A stretch of 64,000 nt of DNA from an uncultured Gemmatimonadota bacterium (GCA_964576115.1 CAZNUA010000002.1:21789-85788), one strand, 5' to 3'; shown: positions 1 to 9,347, numbered from the stretch's first letter. Numbers and translations: made by a program. Notes: a model not told the origin generated them from the letters alone.

Positions 1-1024
1 TGACTGGCCCGCCGGGAGCGAGGTCGTCGGTAACGGGCCCTTCGTGCTGGACCGCTGGCGTCTGAATGACCGCCTGAGGGTCGAGCGTAGCCCGACCTAC
101 TGGAACCGCAGTGCGATCGGGGTCGAGGCGGTCACCCTCTTCGCGATCGCCGACGATACCACCGTACTCAACCTCTACCGGGCGGGGGAAATCGACTGGG
201 CCGTCACCGGCACCGTTCCCGACGATGCCGCCGGCCGTTTCGTGACCGAGCGGCGTCCCGAAGCCAGGACCGGCGGCCGCTACGCCACCTACTACCTCGA
301 ACTCAACACCCGACGGCCCCCTCTCGACGATCTCCGGGTCCGCCGGGCGCTCGAACTGACCATGCCGCGCGAGGGCATCGTCGAGGCTGTTTTCAGCGGT
401 CAGGGCCCCGCCGCCCGGACCCTGGTGGTGCCCGATATCCCCGACTGGTCCCCCCCCGAGCTGCCCGCACCCGACCCCGAGCTGGCCCGCCGCCTGCTGG
501 CTGAAGCGGGTTATCCCGGCGGCGCGGGGCTCGAACCGCTCACCTTTCTTTACAACACCGGGAGTCTGCACGGCGAGGTGGCCGAGTACCTGCAGGGTCA
601 CTGGGGCCGGGAGCTGGGCCTTGTGATCGAACCGGTTCCACTGGATTACGCAGCCATGGAGGAGCGGGGGAGGCGGGGTGATTTCGATCTGCTGCGCAGC
701 ATCTGGCTGGCCGACCTGCCCCTGCCCGACGACTTTCTCTCGGTCTTCGTAGCCCACAATCCGAACAACCTCACCGGCTGGACCGATCCGGCCTTCGACG
801 ACCTGCTCGCCCGGGCCCGGGGCACACTCGACCGGCGCGAGCGTTTCGCCCTGCTGCGCCAGGCCGAGAGCCGGCTGCTGGCCGCGGTCCCGATCATCCC
901 CCTGCTCCAGTTCAGCTACGGCACGGTGCAGCTGGTCAAACCGTACGTCGAGGGCCTGGACGTCAATCCCCTCGACGTGATCGGGTGGGCGGGGATCCGG
1001 GTCGACCCCGACTGGCGACCGTGA
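1..1024 (+). CDS. ABC transporter substrate-binding protein, family 5 (DppA/OppA-like), 5' partial (starts upstream of window)
   Basis: ORF 44..1024 is open to position 1; C-terminal part of a family-5 solute-binding protein fold; followed by permease and ATPase genes with 4-bp overlaps. Confidence 0.8.
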   Translation, partial: DWPAGSEVVGNGPFVLDRWRLNDRLRVERSPTYWNRSAIGVEAVTLFAIADDTTVLNLYRAGEIDWAVTGTVPDDAAGRFVTERRPEARTGGRYATYYLELNTRRPPLDDLRVRRALELTMPREGIVEAVFSGQGPAARTLVVPDIPDWSPPELPAPDPELARRLLAEAGYPGGAGLEPLTFLYNTGSLHGEVAEYLQGHWGRELGLVIEPVPLDYAAMEERGRRGDFDLLRSIWLADLPLPDDFLSVFVAHNPNNLTGWTDPAFDDLLARARGTLDRRERFALLRQAESRLLAAVPIIPLLQFSYGTVQLVKPYVEGLDVNPLDVIGWAGIRVDPDWRP

Positions 1025-1971
1025 GCCCCTTTGCGCGCCGGCGGCTGCTGGCCCTGCTGCCCACCCTTTTTCTCATCATCACCCTGACCTTCCTCATTTC
1101 CCGTCTGGCCCCCGGGGGCCCCTTCCACGGCGCCCGGGCCGTCCCCGAGGCGGTCCGCGCCAATATCGAGGCCCGCTATGGTCTCGATCAACCGCTCGCG
1201 GTCCAGTACCTGCGCTTCTGGGCCAATCTGGCGACCGGCCGGCTCGGACCCTCCTACCAGCAGCCCGAGACCCCGGCGGTGGAGGTCATCGCCGGCGGCT
1301 TCGGGCCCAGTCTCGCAGTCGGTCTGGCGGCTCTTGTCGTGGCTCTGCTGATCGGGCTGGGGGGCGGCACCCTGGCGGTTCTTCATCCCCGCTCGGCACC
1401 CGCGATTTCGGCTCTGGCCCTGATCTGCCTGGCCCTGCCGGTCTTCGTGCTGGGCCCTCTGCTGATCCGCTTTCTGGCCGTCGGGATGGGTCTTTTCCCG
1501 GCCGCCCTCTGGGGCACTCCCGCCCACCTGGTCCTGCCCGCCCTCACGCTGGGAATCCCGGCCGGCGGCGCCCTGGCCCGCTTCTGGCGGCCCCTGCTCC
1601 ACACCGCCATGGCCGGCGGTCCCGCCCTGGCCGCCCGGGCCCGGGGTCTGGGCGAGAGTGAGGTCCTGCGCCGGCACGCCCTGCCGCGGGCCCTGCCGGT
1701 GCTCCTGAATTACCTCGGTCCCCTGCTGGCCGGTCTGGTCACCGGGAGCGTGGTGGTCGAAACCATCTTCGGTCTGCCGGGGATGGGCCGTTATTTCATC
1801 GACAGCGCCCTGGCACGCGATTATCCCGTCGTACTCGGCGCCACGATCCTCTACGCCCTCATCCTGCTGCTGCTCCACGCCGCGATCGACCTGATCCAGA
1901 TCCGGCTCGATCCGCGCCTGGCCCGGACCGAATGCACCTCCGGGCCGTTGCTGCGAAGGCGGGCGTCGTGA
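1021..1971 (+). CDS. ABC transporter permease (DppB/OppB-like)
   Basis: Multi-TM protein with the typical DppB N-terminus (LLPTLFLIITLTFLISRLAPGGPF) and a conserved permease region; GTG at 1021 overlaps the upstream stop (GTGA). Confidence 0.85.
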   Translation: MSPFARRRLLALLPTLFLIITLTFLISRLAPGGPFHGARAVPEAVRANIEARYGLDQPLAVQYLRFWANLATGRLGPSYQQPETPAVEVIAGGFGPSLAVGLAALVVALLIGLGGGTLAVLHPRSAPAISALALICLALPVFVLGPLLIRFLAVGMGLFPAALWGTPAHLVLPALTLGIPAGGALARFWRPLLHTAMAGGPALAARARGLGESEVLRRHALPRALPVLLNYLGPLLAGLVTGSVVVETIFGLPGMGRYFIDSALARDYPVVLGATILYALILLLLHAAIDLIQIRLDPRLARTECTSGPLLRRRAS

Positions 1972-2789
1972 CGCGGCCCGGAACCGACCGCACTCTCGAC
2001 CTGCTCTTCGGAGGATTCATTCTGCTGCTGGCGGCGGTCGCCTTTGCCGGGGCGGTCCTGCTGCCCCCCGACATAGCCGGCACGGTCGAGGCCGGAGCCC
2101 ACCCCCCTTCACCCGAACACCTGCTGGGAACCGACACTCTGGGGCGGGACCTGCTGGGCCGGCTGCTCCAGGGAATGCGGACCACGATCGCAATCGGGGT
2201 GACGGCTTCGGTTCTGGCCGTGGCGGCGGGAACCCTCTACGGCGGGGTGGCGGGACTGGCCCGGCCGCGGGCTGACGAAGCCATGATGCGGGGGGTCGAT
2301 GTGGCCCTGGCCCTGCCGTACATGTTCATCGTCATCCTGCTGGTCAGCCTGGTCGACGAACGCGGTTTCTGGCTCATCGCGGTGGTCCTGGGGTGCGTGG
2401 AGTGGCTCCCCCTCTCGCGGATCATCCGGGCCGGGGTACGCGATCTGCGCCACGAGGCCTATGTCGAGTCGGCCCGCATCATGGGGGGCGGCCGGTTCTA
2501 CCTGCTGCGGGCCCACCTGATACCCCAGCTCGTGGCCCCGCTGGCGGTCTATGCCACCCTCATGCTTCCGGTCGTGATGATGCAGGAGGCTTTTCTCTCC
2601 TTCCTCGGGCTGGGGGTACCCCCGCCGACGGCCTCGTGGGGCAGTCTGATCGCCGAGGGGGTGCGGCGTCTCGAGACCGCCCCCTGGATCCTGCTCGCCG
2701 CGACCGGCTCGCTGGCGATCTGGCTGATCTGCCTGCACGCCGCCGGCGACCGCCTGGCCAGGCGGCTCGGGCTGGAGGCGGCCCGGTGA
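1932..2789 (+). CDS. ABC transporter permease (DppC/OppC-like)
   Basis: 6-TM permease with the LGTDxLGRDLL motif typical of DppC/OppC; alternative GTG start at 1968 overlapping the upstream stop. Confidence 0.85.
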   Translation: MHLRAVAAKAGVVTRPGTDRTLDLLFGGFILLLAAVAFAGAVLLPPDIAGTVEAGAHPPSPEHLLGTDTLGRDLLGRLLQGMRTTIAIGVTASVLAVAAGTLYGGVAGLARPRADEAMMRGVDVALALPYMFIVILLVSLVDERGFWLIAVVLGCVEWLPLSRIIRAGVRDLRHEAYVESARIMGGGRFYLLRAHLIPQLVAPLAVYATLMLPVVMMQEAFLSFLGLGVPPPTASWGSLIAEGVRRLETAPWILLAATGSLAIWLICLHAAGDRLARRLGLEAAR

Positions 2790-3559
2790 CCCCGGCCCCG
2801 ATCGTCTGCACCGGTCTCGAAGTCGCCTGGCCGCCGGCCGCTCCCGTCCTCGATATCCCGCACCTCGAACTCGCCCCGGGCAGCGTGACGGCGGTGGTCG
2901 GTCCCTCGGGAGCGGGCAAGAGCACCCTGGGTCACGCCCTGGCCGGGCTGCTCCCCTGGCTCGGCGCCCGGGTCGAGGGCGGGGTGGAGTACGCCGGCCG
3001 GATCCTGCATCCCGGTCGAGCCGACGAGTGGCGGGCCGTACGCGGCCGGCTGGTGCGCTGGATCCCGCAGGATCCGGCCCTCTCCTTTACCCCGACCCGG
3101 CCCCTGCTGCCGCAGATGCTCGAAGGCCCCGGGAGGGCGGGCCCTCTTCCGGAGTCTCTCGACGATCTGCTTGCGGCGGTCGGGCTCGACTCCACGGCCG
3201 ACCTGGCCGGCCGTTACCCATTCGAACTGAGCGGGGGCGAACTGCAGCGTGCCGCCGCCGTGACGGCCTTCGGCGCCGGACCGAGCCTGGTTGTGGCCGA
3301 CGAACCAACCGCCCACCTCGATCCCCCCAACGCCCTGGCCCTGGCCCGGACCGTGATTGCTCTGGTCGCCCGCACCGGCACCGGCCTGCTCTGGATTACC
3401 CACGACCTGCGTCTGGGGGCCGCAGTGGCCTCCCGTATCCTCTACCTCGACCGCGGCCGGATTGCGGCCGACGACGTACCGGCAGCTCTGCTCGATCCCG
3501 ACCGGGCGTCGGCTCTTCCCCTGGTGCGGGCCTGCGCCCGTCTGGCGGCGATGCCATGA
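2786..3559 (+). CDS. ABC transporter ATP-binding protein (DppD-like, short form)
   Basis: Walker A GPSGAGKST, signature LSGGELQR, Walker B LVVADEPT, H-loop ITHDL; GTG at 2786 overlaps the upstream stop. The track ORF 2393..3559 carries a non-coding N-terminal extension. Confidence 0.85.
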   Translation: MTPAPIVCTGLEVAWPPAAPVLDIPHLELAPGSVTAVVGPSGAGKSTLGHALAGLLPWLGARVEGGVEYAGRILHPGRADEWRAVRGRLVRWIPQDPALSFTPTRPLLPQMLEGPGRAGPLPESLDDLLAAVGLDSTADLAGRYPFELSGGELQRAAAVTAFGAGPSLVVADEPTAHLDPPNALALARTVIALVARTGTGLLWITHDLRLGAAVASRILYLDRGRIAADDVPAALLDPDRASALPLVRACARLAAMP

Positions 3560-4308
3560 CGAGCCCGGTCCGGTTCGGCCTGCGCGATGTCGTCGCTCGT
3601 CCCGGTGGAGCCGGCTCGTCGCCCGTTCTGCAGGACTGCACTCTCTCGATCGCAGAGGACGAGCGGGTGGCTGTCGCCGGACGCAGTGGAGCGGGAAAAA
3701 CAACCCTGCTGCGGGTTCTGGCCGGGCTGGTGGGAGTCGACGCCGGGCAGGTGCTGTACCCGGAGTCGATCGGCTGGCTCCCCCAACACCCCGCAACCGC
3801 CTTCGATCCCCGGTGGAGCGTCCTGCGGGCGGTCGCCGAACCGCTCCGGCTCGCGGGGACCGGACCGGACCCGGCCCGCAAGAGCGCGCTCGAGGCGATC
3901 GGTGCTCTCGGTCTCGAGCCCGCTCTGGCCCAGCGGCGGCCGCACGCTCTTTCGGGGGGGGAACTGCGCCGCGCCGCCCTGGCCCGGGCACTGATCGGCT
4001 CCCCGGCGGTTCTGCTGGCCGACGAACCCACCGCCGGACTCGACCCGGTAGCGGCCCTGGAGCTGATCGATCTGGTGCGCGATCACGTCAGGCGGTGCCG
4101 CACGGCCCTGCTCTGGGTCACGCACGATCTGGGGGTGGCGGCGGCGGTGGCCGACCGCCTGCTCATTCTCGATCGGGGGGGTATTGTCGAAGAGGGCCCG
4201 GTCCGCCAGCTTCTGAGAGCCCCGCAGAGCGAAAGCGCCCGCCGTCTGACAGACGCCTGGCTGCCTCTGGAACCGGAGCGGGCACGGGAGCTGGTGCGGC
4301 AGGAGTGA
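3556..4308 (+). CDS. ABC transporter ATP-binding protein (DppF-like, short form)
   Basis: Walker A GRSGAGKTT, LSGGELRR, LLADEPTAGLD, VTHDL; ATG at 3556 overlaps the upstream stop (ATGA). Confidence 0.85.
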   Translation: MTSPVRFGLRDVVARPGGAGSSPVLQDCTLSIAEDERVAVAGRSGAGKTTLLRVLAGLVGVDAGQVLYPESIGWLPQHPATAFDPRWSVLRAVAEPLRLAGTGPDPARKSALEAIGALGLEPALAQRRPHALSGGELRRAALARALIGSPAVLLADEPTAGLDPVAALELIDLVRDHVRRCRTALLWVTHDLGVAAAVADRLLILDRGGIVEEGPVRQLLRAPQSESARRLTDAWLPLEPERARELVRQE

Positions 4309-4314
4309 GAACCG

Positions 4315-5274
4315 TCAGATCTCGTGCACGGCTCCGCCGAGATCGTCGGGGCCGAGTACCAGCATCCGGCTCCCGATACCCTCCTCGGCCCAGCGCGTCA
4401 CGAGCGCCGAGCAGATTTCTTCGACCCGCTCGACCGCTCCGTCAACCAGCACCATCAGGGTCGGTCCGCTCCCCGAGATCCAGACGGCGTCGGCACCCTT
4501 CCCGGCGGCCCGGGCCAGCAGCTCGTCGCAGGCCGGAATCAGGCGCGAGCGGTAGGGCTGGTGTAGAACGTCCCGGGTCAGGACCGTCAGTTCTTCGGTT
4601 CGTCCCTCGACCAGAGCCCGGTAGAGAAAAAACGATCGCTGCTGGTTGGCGACCGCTTCGGCATGGGCGATCTCGGCCGGCAGAGCCTCCCGCGCGAGAC
4701 GGGTCGAGAGGGCGATATCGGGCACCACCGCCCCCATCAGGTAGGCTTCGTTCAGGCGTTCGCGGCAGACCGCAATTCCGGCCGGACCGAGCGGGGCGCT
4801 GGCCGTCAAGCCGCCATGAAGGGAGGGGGTGACGTTGTCGGGGTGTCCCTCCTCGGCGACGGCCAGTTCGAGCAGGCGTTCACGCCCCAGGTCGGCCTCG
4901 GCCAGCCGCTCGCCGGCCAGCAGACCGGCCACGATGGCGGCCCCGCTCGCTCCCAGCCCGCGGGCGGTCGGTATGTCGGATCGCCCCGCTACCAGAGCCC
5001 GGCCGTCGAGAGAGACCCCCGCCGAGTCCCAGACCCGGGTCAGGGCCCGCACGACCAGGTTGCCGGTATCGGTCGGGACGCGGTCGGGAGCCTCGCTCCC
5101 CTCACCCTCCCAGGTCACCTCCCAGGCGGTCGTGCCGGTCCCGGTCATGACGAAGGATCCCTCGATCGTTACCGTCACCCGGACATAGAGATCGACCGCC
5201 AGGCCGAAGAGATCGAAGCCGGGACCGAGATTGCTGGTCGAGCCGGGCACCACGGCCTGCACGCTCCGCTTCAT
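4315..5274 (-). CDS. thrB: homoserine kinase
   Basis: GHMP kinase; N-terminal VPGSTSNLGPGFD (homoserine-kinase type PxSSANxGPGFD) and the ARGLGASGAA phosphate-binding motif. Confidence 0.8.
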   Translation of the reverse strand: MKRSVQAVVPGSTSNLGPGFDLFGLAVDLYVRVTVTIEGSFVMTGTGTTAWEVTWEGEGSEAPDRVPTDTGNLVVRALTRVWDSAGVSLDGRALVAGRSDIPTARGLGASGAAIVAGLLAGERLAEADLGRERLLELAVAEEGHPDNVTPSLHGGLTASAPLGPAGIAVCRERLNEAYLMGAVVPDIALSTRLAREALPAEIAHAEAVANQQRSFFLYRALVEGRTEELTVLTRDVLHQPYRSRLIPACDELLARAAGKGADAVWISGSGPTLMVLVDGAVERVEEICSALVTRWAEEGIGSRMLVLGPDDLGGAVHEI

Positions 5275-6293
5275 GGCAAAACCTCTTTCAGGGCCTCTTC
5301 GGCTCCGACCGCGATCAGCGTCGCGCCCGCGGTGGCGAACCAGCGGACCAGCTCCAGGTCGGCCCCGCCGGAGAGGCAGCAGACGAAATGAAGCCTGTCG
5401 TCGGCGGCGGCTTCGCGGCAGCGTTCGAACGCCGTCAGATCGTCGCGATTGTCACCGAAGTAGTACAGCGGCCGCCCGGACAGACGCGTGACGAGGTGAA
5501 GGAGTCCGGCGGGGTCGGGTTTGGGGGGGAACCGGCCGTCATCGGTGACGATCAGCTCGGGCTCGAGCCCGCTCAGGCCGGTCAGTTCCAGAGCCAGTTC
5601 CGCCTCTTCGGGGATCCGGCCGGTCAGAATACCGAGCGGCAGCTGCAGCGCCCGCTCGCGGGTGGCGGTACTCAGGAGGGGACGTTCGTTCTCGACCGCC
5701 CCGGGACCGTGCCAATACCGGGTCGGTTCGCCGAAGACCCGCTCGAAAAGCGGTGCCCCGACATAGAGTTCCTTGAATATGCGTTCGAGTCGGGTCCGAT
5801 CGACCCGGGCGAACAGATCGGCGGCAAGCGTCACCGCTTCGCGCTCGATGACCGCCCGCAAGGCCTCGAGCCCCCCTCCGGCTTCGGCGGTCGCCGCCGC
5901 CAGGTCACTCGTGGCAGGTACCGGGGTCTCGGCAACGGTGCGCCAGAGGGCACAGAGCAGGCCGGCTTCGGCGGTATCCCAGTCGTTGTTGAATCCCCCG
6001 GCCCGCCGCCACGCTTCGCTGTCGGCGGCTTCGGTCTCCGGCGCCGGATCCTGAAGGCCGAGAACCCCTTCCATGTAGAACGACACAGAACGCGGGATTA
6101 CCTCGTCGAAGCTGCGGCGGGTATCGATCAGAACCCCGTCGATATCGAAAACGAGACTTCGGGCCGGTTCAGGAGGCGTAGCGCAGCCCGGGGCCAGAGC
6201 GCAGCTCCCGGCCAGCCGCCGCCAGCCCGATTCGCTCAGGAAGCGGTCGAGCAGATTCTGGGTGTCGCCGCGGCGACCCCCGTCTGGTTCCAT
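5271..6293 (-). CDS. HAD-superfamily hydrolase
   Basis: HAD motif I FDIDGVLIDT and a GDNRDD-type motif IV; stop overlaps the thrB start (ATGA). Start placed at the internal Met (MEPDGG); the longer track ORF extends to 6374. Confidence 0.6.
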   Translation of the reverse strand: MEPDGGRRGDTQNLLDRFLSESGWRRLAGSCALAPGCATPPEPARSLVFDIDGVLIDTRRSFDEVIPRSVSFYMEGVLGLQDPAPETEAADSEAWRRAGGFNNDWDTAEAGLLCALWRTVAETPVPATSDLAAATAEAGGGLEALRAVIEREAVTLAADLFARVDRTRLERIFKELYVGAPLFERVFGEPTRYWHGPGAVENERPLLSTATRERALQLPLGILTGRIPEEAELALELTGLSGLEPELIVTDDGRFPPKPDPAGLLHLVTRLSGRPLYYFGDNRDDLTAFERCREAAADDRLHFVCCLSGGADLELVRWFATAGATLIAVGAEEALKEVLP

Positions 6294-6433
6294 ACCGCTC
6301 TCCTCATTCCGGTATCCCGCCGGTGGCTTGCTCCGACAGGCTCCTATAGTATGGTGTGGGTCGGTGGCGGCCAACCGCGATCACCGGCAGCACCTTTCGC
6401 CCCTGACGTTCCGGGACAGGACAGACGATCCCG

Positions 6434-7000
6434 ATGGACGAGAGCACACTCATAGAGCGGGCCCGGGCCGGAGACGAAGCTGCCTTCGGCGAACTGGTCG
6501 GCCGGCATCAGGATCGTGTCTACCGTACCGCGGTCCGGCTGGTCGGGTCCGAAGATGCGTACGATGTCTCCCAGGAAGTCTTCGTCAAAGCCTGGCGCGA
6601 GCTGAAGCGGTTCCGGGGTTCGGCGGCGCTGTCCACCTGGCTGTACCGGATGACGGTCAATCTCTCGCTCAACTACCTGCGGAGCACGAAGCGGGAAACC
6701 GATCGCCGGGAGCGGTACGGTCCCGGCGTCTCGGAGAAACCCCCCGCCCCCGGGGCCGCCCTGGAAGAGGACGAGTTCAAGACAGCGGTCTGGGCCGCCA
6801 TCGATTCCCTGCCCGAACGTCAACGCACAGCCGTCATCCTGCACCGGTTCGAGGAACTCCCGGCGGCCGAGATCGCCCGGATCATGGACCTGAGCACCGG
6901 AGCGGTGGAATCGCTGCTTCACCGGGCCCGCTCGAGCCTGCTCGAGGCCTTCCGGTCCCGGGGGCTGGGACCGCCGGATAGAGCTGGCGGGGAAGGGTGA
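6434..7000 (+). CDS. ECF (sigma-70 family, RpoE-like) RNA polymerase sigma factor
   Basis: Sigma-70 region 2 (VSQEVFVKAWREL...TWLYRMTVNLSLNYLR) and region 4 (ERQRTAVILHRFEELPAAEIARIMDLSTGAVESLLHRAR). Confidence 0.9.
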   Translation: MDESTLIERARAGDEAAFGELVGRHQDRVYRTAVRLVGSEDAYDVSQEVFVKAWRELKRFRGSAALSTWLYRMTVNLSLNYLRSTKRETDRRERYGPGVSEKPPAPGAALEEDEFKTAVWAAIDSLPERQRTAVILHRFEELPAAEIARIMDLSTGAVESLLHRARSSLLEAFRSRGLGPPDRAGGEG

Positions 7001-7073
7001 AAAAAACCGCCGGAAGACGTATGGGAAAGACCGCCTGCGGGGTCAGAGAGATGAGTCAAGAGGGGTTAGCCAG

Positions 7074-7439
7074 ATGACACACGACGGAACATACGAGGAC
7101 CGCCGGGCCGAGGCGGTGTGGGAAGCGATGCCCGACCGAGCGCCGGCCGGCGCGCCGGTCGACCTCTGGCCGGGTGTGCGGGCGCGAATCGCACGGGAGA
7201 AGATCGTGCCGCTGCCCGCGCGCGAATCGCACTGGCGTATTGCGGTCTCCTTCGCGGCCGGCCTGCTGGCAGGTCTGGCGCTCTGGTTCCTGGCCACCAG
7301 CGGGGCAGTAGATCCGGTCCTGTCGACCGAGGAGATTCTGGCCCAGGAGGCTGTTTTCGAATCGCTCGATCCGATTCCTCCCGCGTCGATCGGAGGCATC
7401 TATTTCGCCACCCTGACCTTCGAGGAGGAGGGCCGATGA
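7074..7439 (+). CDS. small single-pass membrane protein, putative anti-sigma factor
   Basis: Immediately downstream of the ECF sigma gene; one TM helix (IAVSFAAGLLAGLALWFLATS); stop overlaps the next start (ATGA). Confidence 0.5.
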   Translation: MTHDGTYEDRRAEAVWEAMPDRAPAGAPVDLWPGVRARIAREKIVPLPARESHWRIAVSFAAGLLAGLALWFLATSGAVDPVLSTEEILAQEAVFESLDPIPPASIGGIYFATLTFEEEGR

Positions 7440-8101
7440 ACGGCCCGGGCACACGGCGCACCTGGAGCATCATCCTGGCCGCCTCCCTCGGCCTGAACCT
7501 GGCTCTGGGGGGTATTCTCGTTTATCAGAACGTGCGAGCGGAGAAGTCTTTCGAACGCCGGCTCGAGCAGTGGCGACGGTCGCGGGATGGACGGCCGCGG
7601 GAGTGGCAGTCACGTTCGCGGTCCGAAGGCGATACGACCAGCCGTTTCCCCCATCTCGAACGGGAACAGATCGAGCGGATCCGCGCCCTGCGGCATGGGA
7701 TGGAAGAGGACATCCAGCCGTGGCGCCGCGAAATCAATCACCTCCAGGAACTGATTCGTACCGAACTGCAGAAAGCCGAGCCCTCGACCGCCAGGCTCGA
7801 TTCCCTGGCCGACCGCACCGCCGAGCTCCAGGGCCTGATCCAGAAGCGTCTGCTGCGTCTGATGCTCGTCGAGCGCGAGATCTTCACCCCCGAACAGCTG
7901 CGCTTTTTCCTGCGCTTCATGGTTCCCGGCGAGCGCGACTACGGCAGCGGCTATCGTCGTGAAGGGGGCCCGGGGGGTTCTCCTCGCGACAGCCGGGGTG
8001 ACGAACGGGGCCGCAATCCCGACCGGAGCGGCAGGGACGTGCCGCCCGACAGCCAGCGGGATCCGCCCCCCCCACCTTCCGTCATCCAGGCCCTGAGCTA
8101 G
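7436..8101 (+). CDS. periplasmic LTXXQ-motif protein (CpxP/Spy/ZraP family-like)
   Basis: N-terminal signal anchor, helical Arg/Glu-rich repeats, and a C-proximal FTPEQLRFF (LTXXQ-type) motif; translationally coupled to the upstream gene. The track ORF 7118..8101 includes a non-coding extension. Confidence 0.6.
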   Translation: MNGPGTRRTWSIILAASLGLNLALGGILVYQNVRAEKSFERRLEQWRRSRDGRPREWQSRSRSEGDTTSRFPHLEREQIERIRALRHGMEEDIQPWRREINHLQELIRTELQKAEPSTARLDSLADRTAELQGLIQKRLLRLMLVEREIFTPEQLRFFLRFMVPGERDYGSGYRREGGPGGSPRDSRGDERGRNPDRSGRDVPPDSQRDPPPPPSVIQALS

Positions 8102-8147
8102 TTCCCGTCCGGAAACGGCTCGTTTCCGCCTCGAGAACCACGCGTTC

Positions 8148-8179
8148 TTGACGGCGGGCGGTGCGCTGCCGTTATTAAT
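8148..8179 (+). promoter_or_regulatory. putative sigma-70-type promoter of the Rrf2 regulator gene (-35 TTGACG, 18-nt spacer, -10 TTATTAAT); preceded by the GGAAACGgctcGTTTCC hairpin at about 8111-8128
   Basis: Motifs read directly in the sequence 45-75 nt upstream of ATG 8222. Confidence 0.4.
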
Positions 8180-8221
8180 CGGAGTGATTTTGTCGGATTT
8201 CCTCTGATACCGGGAAGCGCC

Positions 8222-8674
8222 ATGCTCGCCCTGACCAAGGCTACCGGGTACGCCATCCTCGCTCTCGGTTATCTCGAGTGCCAGGGCTCCGAACAGGTGA
8301 TCAGCACCCGCGAGATCGCCGAACGGTTCGCCATCCCGGGCGAACTGCTGGCCAAAGTGCTGCAGCGGCTCAGCCGTCAGGGCCTGCTCGAGGCTCACCA
8401 GGGCCGGGGGGGCGGGTACTCACTGGCCCGCTCGACCGAGGACATCAGTGTCGGGGAAGTGATCGAGGCCGTGGAGGGACCGATCGCCATCGCCGTCTGC
8501 CTCAAGGACGGCGGCCGTGATCTCTGCGAGCTGTTCGAGAACTGCACCATCCGTTCGCCGGTGGGACACATTCAGAGCAAGCTGACCGAACTCTTCGATT
8601 CGATCATGATCGCCGACATCGCCTCGGGGATACAGTTCCCCCCCTGCGCAGAACCCCTCTCGGGCACGAGGTAA
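8222..8674 (+). CDS. Rrf2-family transcriptional regulator (IscR/NsrR-like)
   Basis: N-terminal wHTH typical of Rrf2 (MLALTKATGYAILALGYL...ISTREIAERFAIPGELLAKVLQRLSRQGLLEAHQGRGGGYSLAR) and C-terminal Cys residues (C...CELFENC). Confidence 0.85.
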   Translation: MLALTKATGYAILALGYLECQGSEQVISTREIAERFAIPGELLAKVLQRLSRQGLLEAHQGRGGGYSLARSTEDISVGEVIEAVEGPIAIAVCLKDGGRDLCELFENCTIRSPVGHIQSKLTELFDSIMIADIASGIQFPPCAEPLSGTR

Positions 8675-8717
8675 CCGGCGATCGCGAGGTTTGAGCTGGC
8701 GCCGGCGCCGTTCCCCC

Positions 8718-9347
8718 TCAAACGCTATGGCAGATCTGGTTGAGCAGCAGCAGCTGCCAGCCCCGTCCCGGTGTGTGCTGCAGAACGGTCAGCGAGCTGT
8801 TGTCGACGGCGAAGCGATAGCGCTGATCAAGTCCCAGGTCGAAGAGCCGGCAGATAACACCCCGGATCGGACCGGAGTGGGTAAAGAAGGCTGCCGCCCG
8901 GCCGGCCAGGTCGGCGGCGACACGCTCGAGGTAACTCCACGAGCGTTCATGCATGTCGGCGAGGCTCTCCCCTCCACCGCGGGCGTAGATCGTTTCCCGG
9001 CGCCGCCACTCGTCCAATCCCTCCGGATCCCGTTCCCGGACTTCGTCCAGGGTCAGTCCTTCCCAGGCTCCGTAGCCGCATTCCCGCAATTCGGGCGTAG
9101 CGATGAGGGGCAGTTCCAGTTCCACCGCCGCGGCCTCGGCCATTTCCCGGGCCCGGCTCAGATCGCTGGTGTACACCGCCGCGGGCGCCCAGGGGCGCAG
9201 GGCTGCGATAACGGCGGGGATGGTGAGCCGGCCCTCGTCGCTCAACGGCGTGTCGGCATGTCCCTGGAAGCGCTGCTCGCTGTTCCACGCCGTGACCGCG
9301 TGCCGGACCAGGACGAGGCGGGTGGTTTCAGGGGACGGGTTTGCCAT
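8718..9347 (-). CDS. histidine phosphatase family protein (phosphoglycerate mutase-like)
   Basis: RHG motif LVRHAVTAWN and catalytic His later in the protein; overlaps the nth stop by 20 nt. Confidence 0.75.
   Translation of the reverse strand: MANPSPETTRLVLVRHAVTAWNSEQRFQGHADTPLSDEGRLTIPAVIAALRPWAPAAVYTSDLSRAREMAEAAAVELELPLIATPELRECGYGAWEGLTLDEVRERDPEGLDEWRRRETIYARGGGESLADMHERSWSYLERVAADLAGRAAAFFTHSGPIRGVICRLFDLGLDQRYRFAVDNSSLTVLQHTPGRGWQLLLLNQICHSV

Noticed and set aside
916-1878. 320-aa minus-strand ORF (and many similar: 2549..3991, 3357..4832, 3442..4125, 4663..5391, 5388..6455) overlapping the ABC transporter / thrB / HAD genes
   Set aside because: Arg/Gly/Pro-rich low-complexity translations antisense or out-of-frame to well-supported genes; typical long spurious ORFs of a 70% GC genome
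7610-8398. 262-aa minus-strand ORF opposite the LTXXQ protein gene
   Set aside because: No motifs; the plus-strand gene has signal anchor, LTXXQ motif and translational coupling; antisense GC artefact
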